A program made the translations under genes and the position numbers. 64,000 bases of DNA from the NCBI GenBank assembly GCA_035540375.1, contig DATLGO010000048.1:27772-91771 (forward strand), given 5' to 3'. Source of the stretch: Thermoplasmatota archaeon (GTDB lineage: Archaea; Thermoplasmatota; SW-10-69-26; JACQPN01; JAJPHT01). Shown in pieces: positions 56,801-64,000 of this stretch (position 1 is the first letter of the stretch; each line of letters starts with the position of its first letter). Below the pieces are notes generated by a model. The model saw only the letters and a list, made by a program, of their open reading frames with translations. It was not told where the DNA came from and did not search any database.

Positions 56801-59800
56801 GCCCTCAGGTTGTCCTTCGAGGCGTCGTTCCAGGCGAGGTTCGCGAGGATGGGGACGCAGGCGCGGTTGACCCAGTTGCGCGTCGAGGCCGCCGGGGCGA
56901 GCGTCCCGTCGACCGCAAGCGAGCCCCCCTTGAGCAGGATGTCGTCCTGACCGGAGTGGTGCGTCACGACGAGGTCCTGGATCACGACGTCCGCAAGCGC
57001 TTCCCAGATCGGGCACGTGTCGCCGGGAAGTCGGGTCGAGGCCACGCTGAGGCGGCCTTCGCGCATCACCCAGGCGTTCCGGAAGGCGGGGTCCGCGGGG
57101 TCCGCCTCGCCCGTGTTCATCTGGTCGTAGAACGGGTGCGGATCCTCGCCGACGAAGTCGTTCAGCCCGTCCTTGTCGTAGTCGAAGTTGTTGCCGAGGA
57201 TCTTGCCCGTGATCGGGTCGATGAAGCCGTCCTTGAAGGGCGGTCCCGCCTTGCACGAGCGCGTCGCGATGTTCGTGTCCGTGCGGTTGCCCGCGGCGCC
57301 GAACCACCAGGTGCCGGTCCACGACGGCGGGCGGCCGATGTCGTACCGCTGGCCTTCGGACAGGTCGCCGAAGCGCGAGACCGTGCGGGTGTCCTGGAGC
57401 GGGTCGTACCCGTAGAGCTGCTCCCACCCGTCGGGGATCCCGTCGTCGTCCGAATCCTCGTCCGTGGGGGAGGTTCCGACGGCGCACGTTCCCCCGTCGG
57501 GGCATCGCTCGCCGTAGAAGATGTATCCGCCCGGAATGCGCGTGTGCACGATGCCCGCGGCGATGAGCGCTTCGACGTGCTCCGCAAGGTCCGGCTTCGA
57601 GAGCGTCGCTTCGCACGTCGCGGGGAGGGCGCCGCCCGCAAGCTGCGCCTGCCAGTTCGGGCCGTCGAGGAGGCCGTCGCCGTCGGTGTCGAAGGCGACG
57701 ACGCTCGTCGGGGGATTGAGCGCGAGCTCGTCGGCGGCGCTGAGGCCGTCGCAGTCCGCGTCGGAGGCGCCGAGGTCGTCGAGCGGGTTCAGCGGATTGG
57801 ATCCCGCGAGCTTCCCTTCCTCGGTGACCTCCTTGCCGTCGCCGAGGCCGCCGAAGTCGCTGTCGGGATTGAGGGGATCGGTCGGGCCCGGCATGCCGGG
57901 CTCGAAGGAGACCTTCCACTCGTTGACGTTCGAAAGCCCGTCGCCGTCGCAGTCCGATTTCCCGCCGAGGGGGTTGCGCGGCTCGAAGAGGCTCACGCAG
58001 GAGACGTAGGCGGGGCTCGCCGAGGCGAGCCGGCGCGTGCGCGCCTCCCACCAGTCCGGCATCCCGTCGCCGTCGGTGTCCGGCACGAGCGGGTCCGTGC
58101 GGTTCTCGTACATCTCGCGCCAGGTCCAGCGGAACGGGCCCTGGATGATGTAGACCGTGAATTCCTCGGCGCGGCCCTGGGCCTTCACGCGGTGGTACCC
58201 GTTCGTCGGGGCGAGGAGGGTCTCCGAGGGCGCAAGCGTCGCGGGCGTGCCCTCGGGGACGCCGAGGGTGCGCACGTACGTGGTCTCGAACCCGGTGGCG
58301 TTCACGTCGCCGGGCTTGAGCGGGTCCATGCAGCCGCACGGCGACGCGACGCCGGGGGCGTGCGAGCCGACGCGGGAGAAGTAGTATTCCCACCCGTCGG
58401 GAACGCCGTCGCCGTCCGAGTCCGCGCGGTGGGGATCGGTCTTGAGCGCGTACTCGTCGAGGTTCGTGAACGCGAACTGGAACGGGAACAGGGTGCCGAC
58501 GCGGTGGTCCACGCCGTCGCCGTCGAGGTCGCGCGTCGTGTCGGAGAGCCCGTCCTTGAGGCACGACCCGAGGCTGTCGACCCGCGTCGGATCGAGGTCC
58601 CACGCGAAGCACGCGTGGACGTACCAGGCGTGGCGGATCTCCCAGCCGTCGTCGAGCGAGTCCCCGTCCGTGTCGAAGAGGGCGGGATCGGAGGCGGGGA
58701 AGGGGTACGCGTCGAGCGCCCCCGGGGCCGCGAGGCGGCGCTCGGGCTTGAGCTCGGCCCCGTCGTTCACGCCGTCGCCGTCGGCATCCGCGTTCACGAC
58801 GTTCGGGGCGTCCTGCCAGCGGCCGCAGCCTTCGCCGAGGCGTCCCTGGGGCAGGAGCGCCTCGCGGGCCTGCTGGAGCGACCACGTCTCGCCCTTGCAG
58901 CGGCGGTGCTGGTCGATGATGCGGTTCAGCTCCTCGGGCGTCGCCTGCTGGGAGCGGGTCGTCCAGTACTCGACCTCGGCGCCGTCGAGGATCCCGTCGC
59001 GATCCGTGTCGGACTCGACGGGGCTGAGCGGCGGGGACACGGCGAAGGCGACCTCGTCGAGATCGTCGATGCCGTCGAGGTCCGTGTCGGGCGTGAGGGG
59101 ATCGAGCGCGCACGGGACGCCCGCCTTGGCGGCCGTGTCGTAGCAGAAGTCGACGCGGCGGCCCGCGATGACCGAGAAACCCTGACGCTTCTCGAAGTCG
59201 GTGAAACCCGAGTTGGCGCTGTCCGCGCGGGCGGGATTGCTCCACACGTGCGTCGTGCGACCGTCGACCGTGACCGACCAACCGAGGACGACCTCCTCGA
59301 AGTCGTTGAGGCCGTCGCCGTCCGTGTCGCGCCGCCGCGGATCGGCGCCCGAGAGCGCCTCCTCGAGGTTCGTGAGGCCGTCGCCGTCGGGGTCCGTGAG
59401 CGGCCCCACGACGAAGGCGGGAAGCGAGGCGCGCGAGAGCCACGCGGGGAGCGAGATGTGGGTGAGGAGCGCCGCGCGCACGCCGCCGCCGTCCGCCGCC
59501 GAGAGCGGGTCGAGCCCGTGCGCGACCTCCCACGCGTCCGACATGCCGTCGCCGTCGGAGTCCGCCCGCGTCGGGGAAAGCCCGCGCGCGAAGAGGGGCG
59601 CGAGCTCGTCGCCCGAGAGGTTCGCGTAATTGAAGCGGGCCGCGGTCCAGCGGAACTTCTCGAGCACCGTCATGCCGGTCCCGTCGAGGCTCCGGTAGGC
59701 GAGGCCCGGGTCGAGGGCGTCGAGCTTCCAGTGGAGGAGCCAGCCGTCCGCGATGCCCGCGCCGCTCGTCGAGTATCGCGTCGCGTTCGTGCGCGTCTCC

Positions 59801-60465
59801 GTCATCTCCTTGAGATCCTCGAGACCGTCGCCGTCGGAGTCGAGGCGCGAAGGATCGAGGCCGAGCGCGAAGTTCTCGAGGTTCGTGAGACCCTTGCCCG
59901 AGCAGTCCCGCGTCGCATCGGGAACGAGCGGGTCCGGGCACGCGGTCCCGTTGTCGGGGCCGCGCTTCGCGTAACGGGCCTCCCAGGCGTCCGGGAGCCC
60001 GTCGCGGTCCGTGTCCGCGTGGTTCGGGTCCGTTCCGTGCCGCTCCTCGTCGCGGTTCGAGAGGCCGTCGCGATCGCAGTCGCCGTCCGCGTCGGGAACC
60101 ACGGGGTCGGGACAGTACGTTCCGGAGACGAAGTCGTAGCTTCGCTTCAGCGCCTCCCACGCGTCGGGAAGGCCGTCGCCGTCCGTGTCCGCGGAGTCGC
60201 GCGCCGTGCCGTAGGAGAACGTCTCGTCGAGGTCGGAGAGCCCGTCGCCGTCCGTGTCGATGAAGGCGAGATTGCCGTCCGGCGTCGCGGTCGCGAACTC
60301 GATCTGTCCCGTGCCCGCGGTCTGCGTGAGGCTCGGAAGGACGGCGGCGCCGACGAGGAGGTTCGCGAGGAGGACGAGCGCGAGGACCGCGGGAGCCACC
60401 TTCGCCTTCTGCGCCCAGGCCCACCGCGCCATGCGGGTCGCGGCTTCGCTTCCCGGAAGCGTCAC
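53887..60465 (-). CDS. giant (2192 aa) surface protein with a TSP3-like repeat region, a beta-sandwich domain array, a TM helix and a DUF4129-like cytoplasmic tail
   Basis: N-terminal signal/anchor (VAPAVLALVLLANLLVGAAVL). About 19 D-x-D-x-D-G-x-x-D-x-x-E repeats (for example DTDGDGLSDLDE, DSDGDGMSDAWE, DTDGDGMPDWWE). Repeated roughly 100-aa beta-sandwich modules. TM helix NSWVLALIGALAVAAIVSLLVAWY. C-terminal tail with ...TPDVTAQEF...LFEEARYSAHG... resembling DUF4129. Confidence 0.8.
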   Translation of the reverse strand: MTLPGSEAATRMARWAWAQKAKVAPAVLALVLLANLLVGAAVLPSLTQTAGTGQIEFATATPDGNLAFIDTDGDGLSDLDETFSYGTARDSADTDGDGLPDAWEALKRSYDFVSGTYCPDPVVPDADGDCDRDGLSNRDEERHGTDPNHADTDRDGLPDAWEARYAKRGPDNGTACPDPLVPDATRDCSGKGLTNLENFALGLDPSRLDSDGDGLEDLKEMTETRTNATRYSTSGAGIADGWLLHWKLDALDPGLAYRSLDGTGMTVLEKFRWTAARFNYANLSGDELAPLFARGLSPTRADSDGDGMSDAWEVAHGLDPLSAADGGGVRAALLTHISLPAWLSRASLPAFVVGPLTDPDGDGLTNLEEALSGADPRRRDTDGDGLNDFEEVVLGWSVTVDGRTTHVWSNPARADSANSGFTDFEKRQGFSVIAGRRVDFCYDTAAKAGVPCALDPLTPDTDLDGIDDLDEVAFAVSPPLSPVESDTDRDGILDGAEVEYWTTRSQQATPEELNRIIDQHRRCKGETWSLQQAREALLPQGRLGEGCGRWQDAPNVVNADADGDGVNDGAELKPERRLAAPGALDAYPFPASDPALFDTDGDSLDDGWEIRHAWYVHACFAWDLDPTRVDSLGSCLKDGLSDTTRDLDGDGVDHRVGTLFPFQFAFTNLDEYALKTDPHRADSDGDGVPDGWEYYFSRVGSHAPGVASPCGCMDPLKPGDVNATGFETTYVRTLGVPEGTPATLAPSETLLAPTNGYHRVKAQGRAEEFTVYIIQGPFRWTWREMYENRTDPLVPDTDGDGMPDWWEARTRRLASASPAYVSCVSLFEPRNPLGGKSDCDGDGLSNVNEWKVSFEPGMPGPTDPLNPDSDFGGLGDGKEVTEEGKLAGSNPLNPLDDLGASDADCDGLSAADELALNPPTSVVAFDTDGDGLLDGPNWQAQLAGGALPATCEATLSKPDLAEHVEALIAAGIVHTRIPGGYIFYGERCPDGGTCAVGTSPTDEDSDDDGIPDGWEQLYGYDPLQDTRTVSRFGDLSEGQRYDIGRPPSWTGTWWFGAAGNRTDTNIATRSCKAGPPFKDGFIDPITGKILGNNFDYDKDGLNDFVGEDPHPFYDQMNTGEADPADPAFRNAWVMREGRLSVASTRLPGDTCPIWEALADVVIQDLVVTHHSGQDDILLKGGSLAVDGTLAPAASTRNWVNRACVPILANLAWNDASKDNLRARSDPSRVAGVAFTDAAGRFSLTLSLVRAQSVTIPSSCGPVVLFGKVHAPGSTVSWTLDTASVALDPAITSYRVLLWSYGIGAHAEWTAADVVDGAGSTVYRARGIRGTFETPVVATQTLRLRTPTTFDAGPTLRTTPNGEIGGTARLLDGSGDPAPRRPVLMTWNGVRKSATTDAEGRFNISFPTGAAQEPGYFDLPLETTPSELYGASTGKARVAIAFPTKISGRVLNDRLIAVAGGDLVAEATLRNFRGAVVGNETVGLHFLGALHTAVTNAQGVASFKILIPEDSSPGNQPVSLVFEGSDLYQASSQKLSFVTIRARPVLEAQILQPLGADLIRVTALDIAKDAVIQGTLRDVGGGPARDPTSRDALVIRISTEGYATQARVDNATGTFSLTIPRNVYPKVGSVTFALGFAGSDFYGPASTSIRVPATSATRVSLETKALVRGVPQALVGVVVDAYERPVRGESVNVTLGERHLGVFVTNATGGFRAPLTLPANASLGPVLARARYDGSADGLLRGAPELVSTVRVLSATSIRMPHLTAAIGEVVYNFTLHDDAGRPIGGEIVGVTFLGSPVTVTPTDFRGEAEAGFDTSGVAAKVYPIEARYEGSTLYAPSGATGSLRLLSRTVLEIHPPPRAVRGQVFEFDGRLKQENGLGVPGASVELIFNGSFLARASTAPNGSFHVAALIPADFERARVPIEVRYAGDQSHTPASAIALVEVISMTRLEVVVPRKLAVGDSFTGTVQLLDDEGLGVPNAVLRVHFSGSYYPFTLKTNATGHASFPGKVTGAGASDLDVRFGGTDDLLPTNEATRIQISTGAFGGAGNSWVLALIGALAVAAIVSLLVAWYRKSRVTEAERILLDTQAALVAGDEYSATILMAYRRLRDYLVKFGYTTTPDVTAQEFGAAVKAALPVRAAPLDALVSLFEEARYSAHGVGPAERDRALSALAALNADLARIRRTKGGAKEAGA

Positions 60466-63400
60466 GGGGCGACCCTCCGCCTAAGGAGCAGGGCCGCGCC
60501 GAGCGCCGCGACGACGATCGCGAAGGCCGGAACGGGCGTGAAGGCGCCGCTTGATCGGGCCGAAAGGTCGTATTTGAGGGCGTTGTTCGCGCGGTTCTCC
60601 TCGTGGAAGCGGTTCGAGGGATCGATCGCGATCTCGAACGTCGAGGCCCGGATGACGTTCCACGGGAGCTGGATCTTGCGGGCCTCGTTTGGGGCGAGGC
60701 TCTCGAGCGTCGCGTTCTTCACGACCTGCCCGTCCGCGACGAGCGCGACCTCGACGCGGCTCGCGGGCACGGTGCCGTTGTTGAGGACGGTGATCTCGAA
60801 GAGGACGGTCTCGCCGACCGCGAAGCGGTTGGCCTTCGCGTCGACCTTCACGACGCTGAGGTCGAGGCGCTCGATCACGAGGTCGATCGGCGTCACGCGC
60901 TCGCGCTCCTGGTTGATGACGCCGCGGACCTCGAGCCGCGCGCTGTCGCTTGTGGCGTTGCGCGGCGCGGTGACCTCGAAGGCCACGCGCGTGGATTGGC
61001 CGGGCTCGAGCCTGACGATGCGGTCATCGGGCCGCTCGAACCGCATCGTCCAACCCGGGGGCGGGACGGTCTCGAGGACGATCTCCTCGGGACCGTTGCC
61101 GGTGTTCGTGACCGCGAGCGCGACGCGCGTCTTTCCGCCGGGACGGACGAACCCGTCGGACTCCACGATGGCCTCGTAGTCGAAGAATCGCTTCACGCGG
61201 GCCGCGACGACCTTCTCGAACAGGTGGCGCGAGCCTTCCGCGTCCGAGAGGAGGAAGCCGACGCCGATCGCGAATTCGCCCGGATCCTCGTTGGGCTTCG
61301 CGGCGACGACGACCGAGACGGCGCGCGCCTCGCCCGGCAGCAGGTCGAAGGTGCCCGGCGGATTGACCTCTGCGAAGGACCAGCCGGGCGGGAGCGCGGA
61401 GGGCACGAGAGAGACCCGCATCGCGCCGTTCGCGCGGCTTGCGATCTCGAAATCGAAGCTCACCTTGGCGCCCGGGTCGAGACTGCGGGGGAGCGGGGTC
61501 GGAACGACGAGTGTGAAGTTGTTGACGACGATGGCGGTCACGCGCGTCGCGTTCTCCTTGAGGCCGCCGTCGGCTTCCTCGGTGAGCGCGGTCGCCTTCA
61601 CCTGGAAGGGAAGCACCTGACCGACGCGCGCGCTCGGTCCCGGCAGCACCGAGAGGTTCACGACCCGGCTGTCGCCCTGGCCGCGGAGCGTCACGCGCGA
61701 AGGCTCGATCGCGTACGTCCAGTCGGGGGCCGCGGGGGAGACGACGCCGAGGACGACCTCCGTGTCGCTTCCCAGGTTCGTGACCTTGATCGGGAGGTGC
61801 GTCGTCGTTCCGGGCGTGACGCGGAAGGTCGAGTTCTCGGCGTCGACCCGAAGGTCCGTGCGGATGTTGATGCTCACCGTGGCCGTGACCTGGTCCTGGG
61901 TCGAGGCGTCCGCGACCGAGGCGCCCTGGACGACGAACTCCCATTGGAGGGGGAGGTCGTTGCGCGGCGCGCGCACGCGGAGCTTGACCTCCGTTTCGCC
62001 CTTCTCGGGGAGCGCGACGCGACCCTTGAGACCCGAGGAATCCGCGATGCGGCGGCCCGCCGCGTCGACGATCTCGGCCGTGAACGGGAAGCCGCCGGGA
62101 CCGCCGGGGCTCACGGAGAGCGTGACGTTGTCCGCGCCCGTGCCCGTGTTCTTCACGAGGACCGTGAACTCGTGCGTGCCCGCGGACTGGAGGCTCGCGA
62201 ACGAGGTCTTGGCCTGCGCGACGCGGCCGACGAACGACATCTGGAAGTCGTAACGCGTCTGCACGCTCACCGTGACGCGCGCGGTATCCTGGATGCGCGG
62301 GTTGGCTCCGCTCGTGAGCGTGAGGTTGAAGGTGATCTGCTCGCCGGTCTTCACCGAGGGGTCGATGCGGATCGCCACGGTGACGTCGCGCGTTCCGCCC
62401 GTCGGGATCGAGCGCTCGATCGCGGTCGAGACCGTGACGCGCCATTTCTGGGTCGAGCCCTGGAAGTCCTGGTCGATCTCGAAGTCGTCCGTGATGCTCG
62501 TGTTGCCGAGGCCGCGGCCGAGGTTCACCGCGGTGAGCGTGAACTTGGCCGTGTCGCCCGGCTTGAACGTCCCCGAAAGCGTTCGCTCCTTCCACGCGAC
62601 GAGGTTTCCGTAGAAGTTGACGATGCCGACCTCGATCTTCACGGGCGCGAGCGTGCCCTGGTAGAACGTCCCGTAGAGCTGGCTCCCCGGCGTGTACACG
62701 TTCACGAGCACGGGCTTCGACGCTTCCACGCGGAAGAAGGCGTCCTTCGCGCCCGACCGGAAGATGGGCTGGTTGTTCTGGCGCCACACGTAGTCGTTCT
62801 GGTTGAGCGTCCGCGTGAGGCGCGTCGTGAACTGGGTCGTGCCGTTCGCGAGGAGGGTTTCCTCCTTGACGGTCACGACGGTGTTGTTGTGGACGGGAAA
62901 GATGTTCATCCATCCCGGGAGGCTGTTCGACCCGGTGGAGGGGATGCGGACCTCGAAGACGCGGCCGCCGTCGAGACCGCCCGCGGCCATGTATCCTCGT
63001 CGGCCCGAGGCGACCGAGATGGGTCCTCCTTCGACCGCGTAGAAGGTCCAGGGCTCGGCGCGGTCGTTGTGCGTGTTCTGGCTCTGGACGTTCGAGCGGA
63101 CGGCGTGCGGCTTGATCGTGAGGGTTCCGTCGCAGTACGGGATGCGGCCGAGCTGCGGGGGCGTCGTGAGCTGGTCGCAGGTCGGCGAGACCATGCGCGT
63201 TCCGATGAACTCGGTGGGCGCGTAGGCTGTCGTCACGAAGGACCGCGCGAAGGCGCCGTAGACCTGGGTTCCCGCCGGTGCGCCGTGCTTCGACGGCATC
63301 TGGTAGAGATAGTTGTCGTTGGCCCCGGTCGTGAACACCATGATGCGGCCTTCGGCTTCGATCCGCATCGGCGATCCGTCCGACCCGACGAGGGTCGCGC

Positions 63401-64000
63401 TCGGGATGTTCACGGGCGTTTCCTTCGGAACGCGGTTCGACCACCTCGGGCCGCTCTGCGATACTCGAGCGTCGAAGATGCGCACCTCCGTGGGGCCGTC
63501 GAGCGCGACGATGTACATGGGGGTCGGCGACGTGTCGCTCTGGGGCGCGGACGCGGGAAGGAAGTGGAAGCGGCGACCGACGATGCCCCCGTCGACGGCG
63601 GGGACGACCGTCGCGGTGGGATAGAACGTCCCGACCGTCTCGGGCGGGTTGGGCCGGTAGAGGTAGTCCTGCCTCAGCGAGACCGTGACGGGCTTCGACG
63701 CGACGACCTTGAAGTAGAAATCCTGGTCGCCGTTCACGACGGTGACGGTGAGGGGCGTCGCCTGGAAATGGTCGCCCTCGATCACGATCCCGCCGTCGCG
63801 CATCTTCGTCTTCTCGTTGCCGGGGATGCAGGGCGGATTGTTCCGCGCCTCGCCGCAAAGCGGGATCGGATCGGGCTCGAAGTTCTCGAGCCGGTAGCGA
63901 TAGAGCCTGACGGTCGTGTTCGGGAAGTGCGGCATGACGTCGAGCACGGCCGGCGCGCCGGCTTCCGCGCCGTTCGCGGGAGCCCACCCGTAGAAGGTGG
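60462..64000 (-). CDS. giant surface protein with a CARDB/DUF11-type domain array and PGF-CTERM-like C-terminal anchor, 5'-truncated by the window edge
   Basis: Repeated CARDB-like units (FTVLVKNTGTGADNVTLSV; VKVDAKANRFAVGETVLFEITVLNNGTVPASRVEVALVADGQV). C-terminus ...GAFTPVPAFAIVVAALGAALLLRRRVAP. The stop overlaps the next start (ATGA). The reading frame stays open upstream to the window edge (no in-frame stop 63948-64000). Confidence 0.75.
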   Translation of the reverse strand, partial: TFYGWAPANGAEAGAPAVLDVMPHFPNTTVRLYRYRLENFEPDPIPLCGEARNNPPCIPGNEKTKMRDGGIVIEGDHFQATPLTVTVVNGDQDFYFKVVASKPVTVSLRQDYLYRPNPPETVGTFYPTATVVPAVDGGIVGRRFHFLPASAPQSDTSPTPMYIVALDGPTEVRIFDARVSQSGPRWSNRVPKETPVNIPSATLVGSDGSPMRIEAEGRIMVFTTGANDNYLYQMPSKHGAPAGTQVYGAFARSFVTTAYAPTEFIGTRMVSPTCDQLTTPPQLGRIPYCDGTLTIKPHAVRSNVQSQNTHNDRAEPWTFYAVEGGPISVASGRRGYMAAGGLDGGRVFEVRIPSTGSNSLPGWMNIFPVHNNTVVTVKEETLLANGTTQFTTRLTRTLNQNDYVWRQNNQPIFRSGAKDAFFRVEASKPVLVNVYTPGSQLYGTFYQGTLAPVKIEVGIVNFYGNLVAWKERTLSGTFKPGDTAKFTLTAVNLGRGLGNTSITDDFEIDQDFQGSTQKWRVTVSTAIERSIPTGGTRDVTVAIRIDPSVKTGEQITFNLTLTSGANPRIQDTARVTVSVQTRYDFQMSFVGRVAQAKTSFASLQSAGTHEFTVLVKNTGTGADNVTLSVSPGGPGGFPFTAEIVDAAGRRIADSSGLKGRVALPEKGETEVKLRVRAPRNDLPLQWEFVVQGASVADASTQDQVTATVSINIRTDLRVDAENSTFRVTPGTTTHLPIKVTNLGSDTEVVLGVVSPAAPDWTYAIEPSRVTLRGQGDSRVVNLSVLPGPSARVGQVLPFQVKATALTEEADGGLKENATRVTAIVVNNFTLVVPTPLPRSLDPGAKVSFDFEIASRANGAMRVSLVPSALPPGWSFAEVNPPGTFDLLPGEARAVSVVVAAKPNEDPGEFAIGVGFLLSDAEGSRHLFEKVVAARVKRFFDYEAIVESDGFVRPGGKTRVALAVTNTGNGPEEIVLETVPPPGWTMRFERPDDRIVRLEPGQSTRVAFEVTAPRNATSDSARLEVRGVINQERERVTPIDLVIERLDLSVVKVDAKANRFAVGETVLFEITVLNNGTVPASRVEVALVADGQVVKNATLESLAPNEARKIQLPWNVIRASTFEIAIDPSNRFHEENRANNALKYDLSARSSGAFTPVPAFAIVVAALGAALLLRRRVAP

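Noticed and set aside
60462-63947. Treating the track's first 'M' (63947) as the true start of the CARDB-array giant.
   Set aside because: That codon is an internal GTG (AVLDVMPHF). The frame remains open upstream to the window edge, so the gene is 5'-truncated by the window.

Overview
This is a roughly 70% GC archaeal chromosomal segment. Archaeal markers present are aEF-1alpha followed by ribosomal protein S10, Nep1, Fap7, proteasome-assembly chaperone PAC2, ATP-dependent DNA ligase, AMP phosphorylase, ribose-1,5-bisphosphate isomerase and a PGF-CTERM-like anchor. The proteins are not haloarchaeal-acidic. I can support about 60 CDS.

Housekeeping genes include grpE-dnaK-(secreted ORF)-dnaJ, pyrG, glpA, icd, mdh, nadE, a CN-hydrolase, mtaD, tuf-rpsJ and lig. 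Accessory content includes many signal-peptide proteins, a low-GC island at about 4.8-7.4 kb, and about 7 kb of secreted-protein genes inserted between tuf and rpsJ. It also includes a single-polypeptide MoaD/SAMP-like Ubl fused to a MoeB/ThiF E1 and a rhodanese domain, next to a Rieske protein, and an isocitrate dehydrogenase carrying a histone-H1-like Ala/Lys/Pro tail.

The most unusual locus is a 14-kb minus-strand operon at 49.7-64 kb whose genes overlap by 4 nt. In transcription order it encodes a giant CARDB-array surface protein with a PGF-CTERM-like anchor, a 2192-aa giant with about 19 thrombospondin-type-3-like Ca-binding repeats plus a beta-sandwich array, then DUF4350-like, MoxR AAA+, DUF58 and a polytopic membrane protein. 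The 2192-aa giant ends in a TM helix and a DUF4129-like cytoplasmic tail. The DUF4129 module that normally sits on a small transglutaminase-like membrane protein in MoxR/Bat-type operons is here grafted onto a giant adhesin-like protein. This is my candidate for an undescribed system.

Two loci share the same hairpin core (cgaacccgcag(g)ttcg), and at each the 3' end of the upstream gene is duplicated. Many long Arg/Ala-rich ORFs in the six-frame track are high-GC antisense or out-of-frame artefacts and are not called. No tRNA, rRNA or CRISPR array was recognised by eye.
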